From positions 3,671-67,670 of the IMG/VR virus record IMGVR_UViG_3300036770_001519: a DNA stretch of 64,000 nt; one strand, 5' to 3'. A program made the translations under genes and the position numbers. The first letter of the stretch is position 1. Each line of letters begins with the position of its first letter. The notes beneath the pieces are model-generated. The model was given only the letters and a program-made list of their open reading frames with translations, had not been told where the DNA came from and searched no databases. Positions 17,219 to 26,593 of this stretch are shown piece by piece. The DNA comes from a virus.

Positions 17219-17397
17219 GACGAGTGAAGATTGATATGAATGAACTTCGGCAGCAGCTTGAGCTTGTTGATATCGCATCGGATACCGCAACAGAAGATGA
17301 GCAGGTTCTGTTGGATGGTCTTGGTAACCTGCTAGACAAGATCCTGCATGGAGAAGTAGTATGCTTCTACAAGGAATTAAATGGAACACTTGAGTGA
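17215..17397 (+). CDS. Hypothetical protein
   Basis: ATGA coupling to the previous gene. Confidence 0.55.
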   Translation: MRRVKIDMNELRQQLELVDIASDTATEDEQVLLDGLGNLLDKILHGEVVCFYKELNGTLE

Positions 17398-19111
17398 ATC
17401 CAGTGTTATTCGTAGAGAGCGTTGCCCTAAGTGTGCATCGCATGGTAACGACAATAGCGGTGACAATCTTGCTGTGTATTCAGACAATCATGTACACTGC
17501 TTCAGTTGCGGATATCACAGAGGAGGAAACGGAATCGTGACAGAACAACCACCTAGCAAGCTAGACAAGCCATTGTATGGATCGTATGCCGACCTGTCTC
17601 ATCGTCGCATTGACGAGAAGACATGCCGACAGTACGGTTACAAGATGGCAAACGTGAACGGCAAGGAAGTTGAGATCGCTGATTACTTCGATCAGTCCAA
17701 CGAGTTGATCGCTCAGCATGTGCGTGGACCAGATAAGCAGTTCGTTTGGAAGGGTTCGCCCAGACAGGTGCAACTGTTTGGTCAGCATCTGTGGAAGATG
17801 GGTGGCAAGCGTCTTGTAATCACCGAGGGAGAGATCGACTGCATGACTGTGTGCCAGCTTCTTGGCGGTACATGGCCTGTAGTATCCCTGCCTAACGGTG
17901 CACAGTCTGCCGTCAAGTCAATCAAGGACAACCTTGAGTTCGTGTCTTCCTATCAGGAAGTCGTGATCTGCTTCGACATGGACGATGCAGGTCAGTCTGC
18001 CGCAAAGGCTGTCAGCGAGATCCTTCCACCTGGAAAGTGCAAGATCGCCAAGCTTCCACTCAAGGATGCCAACGAATGTCTTGTCAGCAACAACGGCAAG
18101 GCTGTCGTGTCTGCAATCTGGGAGGCTCAGGTCTACTCGCCAGACGAGATCCTGCATATCTCCCGCATCGCAGACAACGTAGACATTTTGTCTAGCCGTG
18201 TGTATCCATTTCCGTTCGACAAGCTTAGCGAGTTCCTCATTGGTCAGCGATCTGGCGAGATCAGCCTGTGGGCTAGCGGTACTGGTTCTGGCAAGTCAAC
18301 TATTCTTCGTGAGCTGATGCATCATCATCTTGAGGAGGGCAGATCGGTTGGCGCAATCATGCTTGAGGAATCTCCTCAGGAAACCATGGATGACATGATT
18401 TCCCTGATGATTAACAAGCCAGTGCGAGCCATCCGTGCAGCGCAGATGATGAACGAGCTTCGCGTCAAGATGGGCAAGCATCCAATCGACATCGACTTTG
18501 TCAACGAGTTCAGCGATGATGAGTATGCAGATGCAAAGAAGCGGTTGTGCCAAACCAATCTGTTTATCTACGATCACCTTGGCAACAACGCAATGCAGAA
18601 TCTGTTGGCACGAATGGAGTACATGGCAGTCAGCCTCAAGGTTGACGTAATCATCCTCGACCATATCACCGCTGCTGCGGCGGGTCTTATGGGTATGTCC
18701 GACAAGGATGTTGAGGGTGGCAGCAGCGAGCGTCTTATCATCGACACGTTGATGAAGGAGCTTCGTTCACTGGCTGTTCGTACTGGTGTTCACGTTGACA
18801 TTGTGTCGCAGCTAAAGAAGACCGACAAGGCATACGAGGAGGGTGACCGTATCACCCTTCAGGATCTACGTGGATCTGGTGCCCTTGCATCGGTACCAAA
18901 CACGGTCATTGCACTTGAGCGTGACCGTCAGAATCCAGACGCAACAATAGCGAACACGACAATCGTCCGTGTTCTCAAGAACAGACTCACTGGACGGGCA
19001 GGTGTTGCGACTGCCCTTTACTATGACAGGTCCAGTGGTAGACTTAGGGAAGTGGATGTAGCCTTCAATGACGAAGGCTTTCCAATCCTGAATCCAGAGG
19101 AGGTCAAATGA
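17381..19111 (+). CDS. DNA primase-helicase (T7 gp4-like)
   Basis: Zn ribbon CPKC...HCFSC; TOPRIM ITEGEID, FDMDDAG, KDAN; Walker A GTGSGKST; ILDHI, LRGSG, KNR.TG. Confidence 0.97.
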   Translation: MEHLSESSVIRRERCPKCASHGNDNSGDNLAVYSDNHVHCFSCGYHRGGNGIVTEQPPSKLDKPLYGSYADLSHRRIDEKTCRQYGYKMANVNGKEVEIADYFDQSNELIAQHVRGPDKQFVWKGSPRQVQLFGQHLWKMGGKRLVITEGEIDCMTVCQLLGGTWPVVSLPNGAQSAVKSIKDNLEFVSSYQEVVICFDMDDAGQSAAKAVSEILPPGKCKIAKLPLKDANECLVSNNGKAVVSAIWEAQVYSPDEILHISRIADNVDILSSRVYPFPFDKLSEFLIGQRSGEISLWASGTGSGKSTILRELMHHHLEEGRSVGAIMLEESPQETMDDMISLMINKPVRAIRAAQMMNELRVKMGKHPIDIDFVNEFSDDEYADAKKRLCQTNLFIYDHLGNNAMQNLLARMEYMAVSLKVDVIILDHITAAAAGLMGMSDKDVEGGSSERLIIDTLMKELRSLAVRTGVHVDIVSQLKKTDKAYEEGDRITLQDLRGSGALASVPNTVIALERDRQNPDATIANTTIVRVLKNRLTGRAGVATALYYDRSSGRLREVDVAFNDEGFPILNPEEVK

Positions 19112-19437
19112 TGGACATTGTTATTATTATTCTTCTTACAATTGCAACAGGTACTTGGGTGTGGACGTACTGGACATTCCTAAAGAACATCGACAAGTGC
19201 ATGAACGACATCAAGTGGTGCACCGAGGAGATTGAGAACCTGAACAACAAGTGCAATGACTGTCGGTTCTACTCCGACATCATCATGCGAGACATGCCAG
19301 ATATCAAGGTCAAGATGAACGACATCCATGACAACCTAAGTGGTATCATTGAGGTCGAGCGTCGTAAGCTTCTGCACAAGAAGTACAAGGATATGGCAGC
19401 ACGTTACACGCAGCTTGCCAAGGAATATGCTAAGTGA
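19108..19437 (+). CDS. Membrane-anchored coiled-coil protein
   Basis: N-terminal TM helix; GGAGG RBS. Confidence 0.65.
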   Translation: MMDIVIIILLTIATGTWVWTYWTFLKNIDKCMNDIKWCTEEIENLNNKCNDCRFYSDIIMRDMPDIKVKMNDIHDNLSGIIEVERRKLLHKKYKDMAARYTQLAKEYAK

Positions 19438-19660
19438 ATTTGAGCAGCAGTTTCTGCTGCTTCGGGCATCGGCGTGGGATATGTACGCAAGTGCCGCATT
19501 GTCAATGTCCTTGCATCCTGGTACTACCAGAGACAAGGCGACTCCGCGAACTGCGGAAGAGATAGCAATCATTGCCGACAATCTGTTGGCAGAAAGAGAC
19601 AAGCGATATGGATTTAATAAACCTAGCCCTGATGGCGACATCCCCAATGGTTGTGAATGA
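19427..19660 (+). CDS. Hypothetical protein
   Basis: AAGGA RBS; WD.Y...LHPG...AD..L.ER motif. Confidence 0.6.
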   Translation: MLSEFEQQFLLLRASAWDMYASAALSMSLHPGTTRDKATPRTAEEIAIIADNLLAERDKRYGFNKPSPDGDIPNGCE

Positions 19661-20261
19661 GCTTGTAAATGTACAGGTTGTTGCAACTGCATCCGATACT
19701 CAGCAGAGAATCTTCAGTACGGACCTTGTGTTCGGCTGGGATCCGACAGTGCTTGAGTTTATAGGAATCGACAACACAGGTACTCTTGCCAATACCAACC
19801 TATCGTTCCTAGCAACTGGAACGTGGGACTTCTACGGTATCAACGAGACTATGCCACCAGCAGATGGCAATGGTCTGTACTTCTGGCTAACTCCACTAAC
19901 TGGAATGCCTGTATATGTTCAGAATACAGGAAACCTGCTGACCACCCTGAAGTTCAGAGTTCTTCAGCCTGTTTCTACAACGGTCGAGATCATTCCTAAG
20001 CTAACTGTGAATGCGCCAGCAACTACCGTGATCTACGGTAGTGACATTCCAGGAATGTCTGTGACTGGTACGTTTACCAATGCAGAACTGTCGTGCAAGA
20101 CTGGTGACTTTAACTGCGACGGTATCACGGGATCTGCCGACATGGGTCTTCTGCTTAGCGAGTGGAACAACTCTACGTTCACAGATAGTCCGCTTGATCT
20201 CAACGGCAACGGTGTCGTTGATGCGGGTGACCTTTCAATTCTGCTAGACAACTGGGGATAA
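19608..20261 (+). CDS. Cohesin-like beta-sandwich plus dockerin/EF-hand-like tandem repeat protein
   Basis: N-terminal V.V.V.A...DLVFGWDPTVLEF.G...LLTTLKFRVL; C-terminal CKTGDFNCDGITGSADMGLLLSEW and DLNGNGVVDAGDLSILLDNWG. Confidence 0.75.
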   Translation: MDLINLALMATSPMVVNELVNVQVVATASDTQQRIFSTDLVFGWDPTVLEFIGIDNTGTLANTNLSFLATGTWDFYGINETMPPADGNGLYFWLTPLTGMPVYVQNTGNLLTTLKFRVLQPVSTTVEIIPKLTVNAPATTVIYGSDIPGMSVTGTFTNAELSCKTGDFNCDGITGSADMGLLLSEWNNSTFTDSPLDLNGNGVVDAGDLSILLDNWG

Positions 20262-20262
20262 A

Positions 20263-21978
20263 ATGCAACTGATAATCGATATTGAGTCCGATGCCCTTAT
20301 GGAGCTGACGTTAGACAGCAAGGGCAATCCAAACAAGGAGTGCAGCAAGGTACACTGCGTTGTGACCAAGGACATTGCGACCAATATCGTCCACGTGTGG
20401 CATGGCTCAGACCTTGGCAAGCCATTCCTTGACTATCTGTCCAAGGCTACGATGCTGATTGGTCACAACCTGTACGGGTTCGACCTTGAGTGTCTGAGGA
20501 GAATGCTTGGATACAACGGCAACGCCGAGATCTACGACTCTCTGATCGTCAGCAAGCTGATGTATCCAGACCTTCAGAACCACCCTCTGGGTGGCAACTC
20601 ACTCAGTGACTGGGGCAAGTACCTTGGCAACGAGAAGATCAACTACACTGGTACGTGGTCTGAGCTTACTCTTGAGATGATCGACTACTGCATTCAGGAT
20701 GTACATGTCGCACATGATATCTACAAGAAGCAGCAGGAGTGGCTGGCTTCAAAGCCAGAGTATTCCAAGGTCGTGAAGCTTGAGCATCTAGCAACGGAGA
20801 TCATCAACCAACAGCAGGTCAATGGATTCAACTTCGATCTGCCAGCTGGCGAACAACTGATGCACGAACTACTGCACACAAAGGCGCAGATAGAAGACGA
20901 GATGCGTGTCATCTTTCCAGACAAGGTTCATGTCAGGTTCTCAGACAAGACTGGCAAGCGTCTCAAGGACAAGGTTGAGGTGTTCAATCCTGGTTCACGC
21001 AAGCAGATTGCTGAACGACTGTACGAGAAATACGGGTGGACAGCACCAGAGACTGAGGCTGGCAATCCAAACGTTGACTCCTCCGTTCTAGGAGAGCTTG
21101 ACTATCCCGAGGCAAAGAAGCTTGTCGAGTACTTCGACATCATCAAGCTCATGGGTCAGGTCGAGGACTGGACTGTTCGTGCAACCAACAGCAGGGACGG
21201 CAAGGTTCACGGCTTTGTTAACGTGCAGGGTGCGGCAACTGGTCGATGCACACACTCTCAGCCGAATCTGGCTCAGGTGTCTGGCGACCACCGTGCCCGT
21301 GCCTTGTGGGTACCGCATGCAGGAGACGTATTGTTAGGATCAGACCTAAGCGGTCTTGAGCTGAGAATGCTTGCCCACTACATGCATGACTACGATGGTG
21401 GTGCATATGCCGATGTCATTCTCAACGCAGACATCCACCTTCACAATCAGGAGAAGGCTGGATTGCCCACACGCAATAATGCCAAGACATTCATCTATGG
21501 CTTTCTGTATGGTGCGGGTGATGCAAAGATCGGCAAGATCGTCAACGGTTCATCCAAGCAGGGTGCAGCACTTAAGGAGAAGTTCCTTCGTGAGCTACCT
21601 GCACTAGCCAAGGTAAAGCAGTGGGTCGAGTTCCAGGTTGCAAAGTCTGGAACAATCAGTCTAGTCGATGGTCGCAAGGCACCAGTACGTAGCAAGCATG
21701 CTGCACTTAATACTCTATTGCAGGGTAGCGGAGCGGTCGTGTCCAAGTACTGGATGATCCTTGCATGTCGCAATCTAACAAAGCGTTACGGTGCAAACAA
21801 GGTAAAGCAGGTAGCCTATGTGCACGATGAACTTCAATTCTCCTGCCCACCAGACATTGCCGATGAGGCTGGTAGGATCATAACGGATTCGGCAATAGAG
21901 GCAGGGAAGCGTCTTGGAATCAAAATGCCAATCAATGCGGAATTTAAAGTTGGAAGAAACTGGTCGGAGACTCACTAA
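20263..21978 (+). CDS. Family A DNA polymerase (T7 gp5-like) with 3'-5' exonuclease
   Basis: DIESD, GHN...FD, YC.QD (exo); TGR.THS.PN, DLSGLELR, AKTFIYGFLYG, VHDE. Confidence 0.97.
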   Translation: MQLIIDIESDALMELTLDSKGNPNKECSKVHCVVTKDIATNIVHVWHGSDLGKPFLDYLSKATMLIGHNLYGFDLECLRRMLGYNGNAEIYDSLIVSKLMYPDLQNHPLGGNSLSDWGKYLGNEKINYTGTWSELTLEMIDYCIQDVHVAHDIYKKQQEWLASKPEYSKVVKLEHLATEIINQQQVNGFNFDLPAGEQLMHELLHTKAQIEDEMRVIFPDKVHVRFSDKTGKRLKDKVEVFNPGSRKQIAERLYEKYGWTAPETEAGNPNVDSSVLGELDYPEAKKLVEYFDIIKLMGQVEDWTVRATNSRDGKVHGFVNVQGAATGRCTHSQPNLAQVSGDHRARALWVPHAGDVLLGSDLSGLELRMLAHYMHDYDGGAYADVILNADIHLHNQEKAGLPTRNNAKTFIYGFLYGAGDAKIGKIVNGSSKQGAALKEKFLRELPALAKVKQWVEFQVAKSGTISLVDGRKAPVRSKHAALNTLLQGSGAVVSKYWMILACRNLTKRYGANKVKQVAYVHDELQFSCPPDIADEAGRIITDSAIEAGKRLGIKMPINAEFKVGRNWSETH

Positions 21979-22435
21979 GTACCCATGCTATCTTGGATTC
22001 TACGACTTCACGAATGTACAAGGACGTATGCTTGGGTGGTTGGTGAAGCTGACAGGGCTGAGCCAAGTAACTCATGTTGGTCCGATCATCACGGTACCTG
22101 GCGTTGGTGACATGACTATTACCATCTGTCAGGCGCGGCATGGAAACAAAAGATATTCAAGCGTCGCAAAGATCCACACGAAGGATGCCCTGAATAAACT
22201 GGGTGTCCGTCTTATTCACAAGGCATACGTCGGTGACATAAGCATGGATCTTTCTGAGACAATAGTCAAGGCTCACAACTACACGGATGTCGGTCCATGG
22301 GATCTGATCTTCCACCAGTTCGTGGGCAGATTCATCGGTCTGACAAGACCACGGGCATGTGCATCGTATGTGTGCAGCCTATTTGATTTAGAGGACACGT
22401 GGCACCCAGCTACACTATACAGGAGATACAGATGA
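21914..22435 (+). CDS. Permuted papain-like (NlpC/P60 superfamily) protein
   Basis: THVG followed ~80 aa later by CASYV and HP..L (His before Cys). Start uncertain, possibly TTG at 21950. Confidence 0.5.
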   Translation: MESKCQSMRNLKLEETGRRLTKYPCYLGFYDFTNVQGRMLGWLVKLTGLSQVTHVGPIITVPGVGDMTITICQARHGNKRYSSVAKIHTKDALNKLGVRLIHKAYVGDISMDLSETIVKAHNYTDVGPWDLIFHQFVGRFIGLTRPRACASYVCSLFDLEDTWHPATLYRRYR

Positions 22436-23142
22436 TCACTTTACTGTTGGCAGGTCAGGCACGTGTCGGAAAGACAACCGCTGCAAACTACATCGCCAAG
22501 TATGCCAAGGCTCAGGAATACAAGCCAGTCATTCTTCCATTTGCTCAGGCAATCAAGGAAGAAGCCAAGAGGGCTGGACTTACCAAGGAAGACAACCCCA
22601 AGGAGTACAGGGCTTTCTGTCAGGAGATAGGCGAGGGTAGACGCAAGGAGAATCCAGACCACTGGATCAATCAATTCAAGGAGAAGTGGCTTGAACTATA
22701 CAGGAAAGACAACGAAGCAGCTCAGTGCGAAGACAAGATCTGGAAGGAGACGGTCGTTATTGTTGATGACTGTCGCTATCTTAATGAGCTTAACTTTGGC
22801 AAGTCGATTGGTGCCAAGACAATCTTCATTAGCCGTGGGTCCAGAAAGCTTCAGGACCAAACAGCCGATTGGAGAAAGCACGAATCAGAATCAATGGCAA
22901 ACAACTATGAGGGTGGAGTAAAAGACTATCAGGACATCTTCGACTTCATCATAAAGAACGAGGAAACCGAAGATGTCTTCTTAGCAAAGCTCAAGGACAG
23001 ACTGCCAAACTGGCTTGATGCCACGCCGTATGCATATGTTGCATGCGACTGTCTTGCTTGCAAGAAGATGAAGAAGGATGAACCGATGAAACTTGAGGAG
23101 TTCTTCAAGGATCTATTCATGGATGGAGACGATGATGACTGA
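22432..23142 (+). CDS. Deoxynucleoside monophosphate kinase-like P-loop kinase
   Basis: AGQARVGKTT, FA..IK, R...Q..GE..R, W, DDCRYLNE, HESE. Confidence 0.85.
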   Translation: MITLLLAGQARVGKTTAANYIAKYAKAQEYKPVILPFAQAIKEEAKRAGLTKEDNPKEYRAFCQEIGEGRRKENPDHWINQFKEKWLELYRKDNEAAQCEDKIWKETVVIVDDCRYLNELNFGKSIGAKTIFISRGSRKLQDQTADWRKHESESMANNYEGGVKDYQDIFDFIIKNEETEDVFLAKLKDRLPNWLDATPYAYVACDCLACKKMKKDEPMKLEEFFKDLFMDGDDDD

Positions 23143-23854
23143 AACAGCCGTACTGGACGGAGACATCCTTGCATATAGGGCTGCATTCTGGGCTGATGCC
23201 GAGGGTGGAGAATGGCTTGAGGACCGTCTTATTGATGATCTAAAGCGATGGTGTCCACCTACATGCAGCAAGATACTTGTTGCCCTTTCATGCAGACGGG
23301 AAGACAACTTCAGACGTAAGTGGCTACCGTCCTACAAGGAACACAGAAGTGACAGACCCAAACCAGACCTTCTCCCAGATGCGATGCAGTTCCTACGGGA
23401 CAACTGCACGTGTCTTGAGGATGATGGTCTGGAGGCTGATGACCTGATGGGTATGTACAAGTCATCCCTTCGGGCTGTCTGTGTCACCATTGACAAGGAT
23501 CTACAGCAGGTTCCTGGTTATTGGTGGTATCCTCCAGTAGATCCAGACTCCCCAGTAGGGGATGTACAGTATACCACCGTGGAACAGGCTGATTATTGGT
23601 TCCACAGACAGTGGATTACTGGGGATAGTACCGATAATATCCCTGGTATTTGGAAGCTAGGTCCAAAGAAGGCAGAGGCTTTACTTAGCCAAACCCTACC
23701 TAGAAACCACACACCCCTAGTCCTTTCCCTGTATGAACGCAGGGCAACGAAGGATGGCGGCATCTATACCTACGATGATGCCGTGGCTATGGGCGTAGCC
23801 GTCAGGATCCTAAGAGATGGGGAATCTCCCCTATCCTGGCTTGACGGCGAGTAG
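23132..23854 (+). CDS. 5'-3' exonuclease (T7 gp6-like)
   Basis: LDGDILAY, NFR...P.YK..R, LEADD, DKDL.Q.PG, GDSTDNIPG. Confidence 0.93.
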   Translation: MMTETAVLDGDILAYRAAFWADAEGGEWLEDRLIDDLKRWCPPTCSKILVALSCRREDNFRRKWLPSYKEHRSDRPKPDLLPDAMQFLRDNCTCLEDDGLEADDLMGMYKSSLRAVCVTIDKDLQQVPGYWWYPPVDPDSPVGDVQYTTVEQADYWFHRQWITGDSTDNIPGIWKLGPKKAEALLSQTLPRNHTPLVLSLYERRATKDGGIYTYDDAVAMGVAVRILRDGESPLSWLDGE

Positions 23855-23868
23855 GAGACGTATCGTAG
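23853..23868 (+). promoter_or_regulatory. Repeated motif AGGAGACGTATCGTAG, copy 3
   Basis: At the exonuclease stop, upstream of dut-nrdJ and the structural genes. Confidence 0.55.
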
Positions 23869-23879
23869 AGGAACAAAGA

Positions 23880-24395
23880 ATGAAGAATGAATATAAAACT
23901 GACACTTCGCTGTGGTCAAACCCCAGCACACTGGTAGCAAATACCTTCAACTATGACTTTCCAAATCAGGTAAAGATCAAAGCTAGCAAGCACGGCTTAC
24001 CTAAGAAAGCTACCCGAGGTTCGGCTGGTCTTGACCTTAGAGCAGACATCCTCAACAATATTACAATAAACCCAGGAGAAACCGTAATGGTATCTACTGG
24101 AATGTGCATGGAGATTCCCGAGGGAGTCTGTGCATTCATCATGCCGCGTTCTGGCTTGGCTTACAAGCATGGCATCACAATCCCAAATACACCAGGTCTA
24201 ATTGACTCTGACTATAGGGGAGAAATCTGCGTCATCCTCAAGAACGGAGGAACGGAACCCTTTACGATTGAGGACGGTGATCGTATTGCACAGATGCTTA
24301 TTGTGTCTTTTATTACACCGTCGTTTGTAGAAGTCGATGAACTTGGCTACAGTACCCGCAGTATTGGTGGCTTTGGATCGACAGGCATAGGATAA
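23880..24395 (+). CDS. dut: Trimeric dUTPase
   Basis: SAGLDL, PRSGLA, GLIDSDYRGE, GDRIAQ, R..GGFGSTG. Confidence 0.96.
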   Translation: MKNEYKTDTSLWSNPSTLVANTFNYDFPNQVKIKASKHGLPKKATRGSAGLDLRADILNNITINPGETVMVSTGMCMEIPEGVCAFIMPRSGLAYKHGITIPNTPGLIDSDYRGEICVILKNGGTEPFTIEDGDRIAQMLIVSFITPSFVEVDELGYSTRSIGGFGSTGIG

Positions 24396-24397
24396 GA

Positions 24398-26278
24398 ATG
24401 AATACTTTTGAAAACTTTATTGCTCTCAGTCGGTACTCAAGATGGCTTGAGTCAGAGGGTAGACGCGAGACTTGGGAGGAAACGGTGGATCGTTGGTGGA
24501 ATTACTTTTCCTCCAAGGAGCCAGCTCTCCTAGAGCGTCCCGACATCAAGCAAGCAGTACTTGCACGGGAAGTATTCCCAAGCATGCGAGCACTGATGAC
24601 AGCTGGTCCCGCACTTGATCGGGATCACACCGCACTATATAATTGCAGCTACCTTGAGATCGATTCAGTCGAGTCATTCTCAGAGCTGCAGTACATCCTC
24701 ATGTGCGGTACTGGCGTTGGATATTCCGTAGAGAGACGCTGCGTAGAGAAGCTACCGCAGGTTCCTTCGGAGATCCGAAGAGTAGACAACATCAAGATCA
24801 TCGTCCCAGACTCACGCGAGGGATGGTGCGATTCACTTAAGAACCTGCTGATCGACCTATACGGAGGCATCCATCCAACATGGGATATGTCTCTGGTCAG
24901 ACCCGCAGGTGCAAGACTCAAGACATTCGGAGGCAGAGCCTCTGGTCCTGGTCCCCTTGAGGCTGTGTTCAAGTTCATCGTCAACACCTTCTACAAGGCA
25001 CGTGGACGAAGACTTACTAGCCTTGAGTGCCATGACATCTGCTGCGTCATTGCTCAGTCGGTCATTGTCGGTGGCGTTCGTCGCTCCGCTATGATCTCAC
25101 TGAGTGATCTTGACGATCAGTCGATGGCAACTGCCAAGTCAGGAAACTGGTGGGAGAATCACTCATATCGTGCACTTGCAAACAACTCTGCGGTCTATAC
25201 CGAGAAGCCAAGCATGGGCAAGTTCCTTCAGGAGTGGACATCGCTGTACAATTCATTCAGCGGTGAACGTGGAATCCTGAATAGACAGGCACTGAACAAT
25301 GTGTGCAGTCGGGCTGGACGTTCTGTTCCAGAAGGCTGTTCGCTAGGTACGAACCCATGCTCTGAGATCATCCTCAGACCAAATGAGTTCTGCAACCTAT
25401 CGACCATCGTCATTCGTGAGAACGACAGCAAGATGGACATCCGTAGAAAGCTTGAGATGGCTACGATTCTTGGAACAGTACAGTCCAAGTTCACGTACTT
25501 CCCCTACCTCAGAAAGCAGTGGCAGGAAAACTGCGAGGAGGAGAGACTGCTGGGAGTAAGCATGACTGGTATCTTCGACAACGCATTCACTTGCGGTCGA
25601 ACCTCACCATACGAGCTTATCCAATTCCTTCAGGATCTTCGTGATGTATCTCAGGAAGTAAACCTTGAGTGGGCAGACAAGATCGACACGGCACCTTCGC
25701 GTTCGATCACCTGCGTGAAGCCAGAGGGAACCACCAGCTGTCTAGCTGGATGTGCCTCAGGACTTCATCCGCAGTATGCACCATTCTATATCCGTCGAGT
25801 TCGGCTCGACAAGAAGGATCCCCTGTATCAGCTGATGAAGGATCAAGGAGTGCCATGCGAGGACTGCGTAATGAACCCAGCTTCTACCGCAGTGTTCTCA
25901 TTCGCAATGGCTGCACCTATGGGTGCGAAGACTACACAGAACCTTGATGCGGAGACGCATCTTATCCTGTGGAGAATATATGCTGATTACTACTGCGAGC
26001 ACAAGCCCTCAGTGACAATCAACTATACAGACGCAGAGTTCCTGCGTCTTGGCGCGACCGTATACGAGCAGTTCGATCACATCTCAGGTGTGTCGTTCTT
26101 GCCCAAGGCAGAGCATACCTACCAGCAAGCTCCTTTCGAGGAGATAACGGAAGAGCAATACATTGCCTTCCCCAAGATCAATGTTGACTTCAGCTTGCTC
26201 AAGATGTACGAGCAGGAAGACACCACAAAGGCTTCACATGAGCCAGCTTGCACAGCAGGAGGTTGTACAATTCTATGA
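24398..26278 (+). CDS. nrdJ: Class II (adenosylcobalamin-dependent) ribonucleotide reductase
   Basis: PSMRAL, YNCS, TNPCSEI, FCNL, TCVKPEGT, C-terminal ACTAGGC; no beta-subunit gene nearby. Confidence 0.92.
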   Translation: MNTFENFIALSRYSRWLESEGRRETWEETVDRWWNYFSSKEPALLERPDIKQAVLAREVFPSMRALMTAGPALDRDHTALYNCSYLEIDSVESFSELQYILMCGTGVGYSVERRCVEKLPQVPSEIRRVDNIKIIVPDSREGWCDSLKNLLIDLYGGIHPTWDMSLVRPAGARLKTFGGRASGPGPLEAVFKFIVNTFYKARGRRLTSLECHDICCVIAQSVIVGGVRRSAMISLSDLDDQSMATAKSGNWWENHSYRALANNSAVYTEKPSMGKFLQEWTSLYNSFSGERGILNRQALNNVCSRAGRSVPEGCSLGTNPCSEIILRPNEFCNLSTIVIRENDSKMDIRRKLEMATILGTVQSKFTYFPYLRKQWQENCEEERLLGVSMTGIFDNAFTCGRTSPYELIQFLQDLRDVSQEVNLEWADKIDTAPSRSITCVKPEGTTSCLAGCASGLHPQYAPFYIRRVRLDKKDPLYQLMKDQGVPCEDCVMNPASTAVFSFAMAAPMGAKTTQNLDAETHLILWRIYADYYCEHKPSVTINYTDAEFLRLGATVYEQFDHISGVSFLPKAEHTYQQAPFEEITEEQYIAFPKINVDFSLLKMYEQEDTTKASHEPACTAGGCTIL

Positions 26279-26496
26279 ATAAGATAATCGAACCAACACT
26301 ACAGGTAAAGCTAGACAAGGGACTTCCCTTGACTGCACCTGAATTCGGTAGGCTTGCAAGACAGCTTGCAACCTATGTAATGGAACTTGAAAAGGAAATC
26401 AATGAACTCAAAATATCCGTATCTAGATCCAGAGTGGATCCCGATAATGAAGGAGTGGGTTCAGCCGCCAAGCTACGAACAAAACCAAACCAGTGA
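26275..26496 (+). CDS. Hypothetical protein
   Basis: ATGA coupling to nrdJ. Confidence 0.5.
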   Translation: MNKIIEPTLQVKLDKGLPLTAPEFGRLARQLATYVMELEKEINELKISVSRSRVDPDNEGVGSAAKLRTKPNQ

Positions 26497-26593
26497 AACG
26501 CTGGCTAGAAACCTTGCGTATGTAGCTGGAAAGCTGGACCTGATATCTAAGCTAGACACAATAGTAAAGCTTCAGGAGAAAAAGAATGGCTGA
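26402..26593 (+). CDS. Small protein, possibly T7 gp6.5-like
   Basis: AAGGA RBS; P.LD.E...AY.AG...I..L pattern; position before the head genes. Confidence 0.5.
   Translation: MNSKYPYLDPEWIPIMKEWVQPPSYEQNQTSETLARNLAYVAGKLDLISKLDTIVKLQEKKNG

Noticed and set aside
817-23868. CRISPR array from the repeated 16-mer or early junction repeats
   Set aside because: Copies are far apart or separated by genes, with no regular spacers and no cas genes.
20263-26278. Introns, inteins or homing endonucleases in polymerase or RNR
   Set aside because: Both ORFs are continuous and compact, and no HNH or LAGLIDADG motifs were seen.
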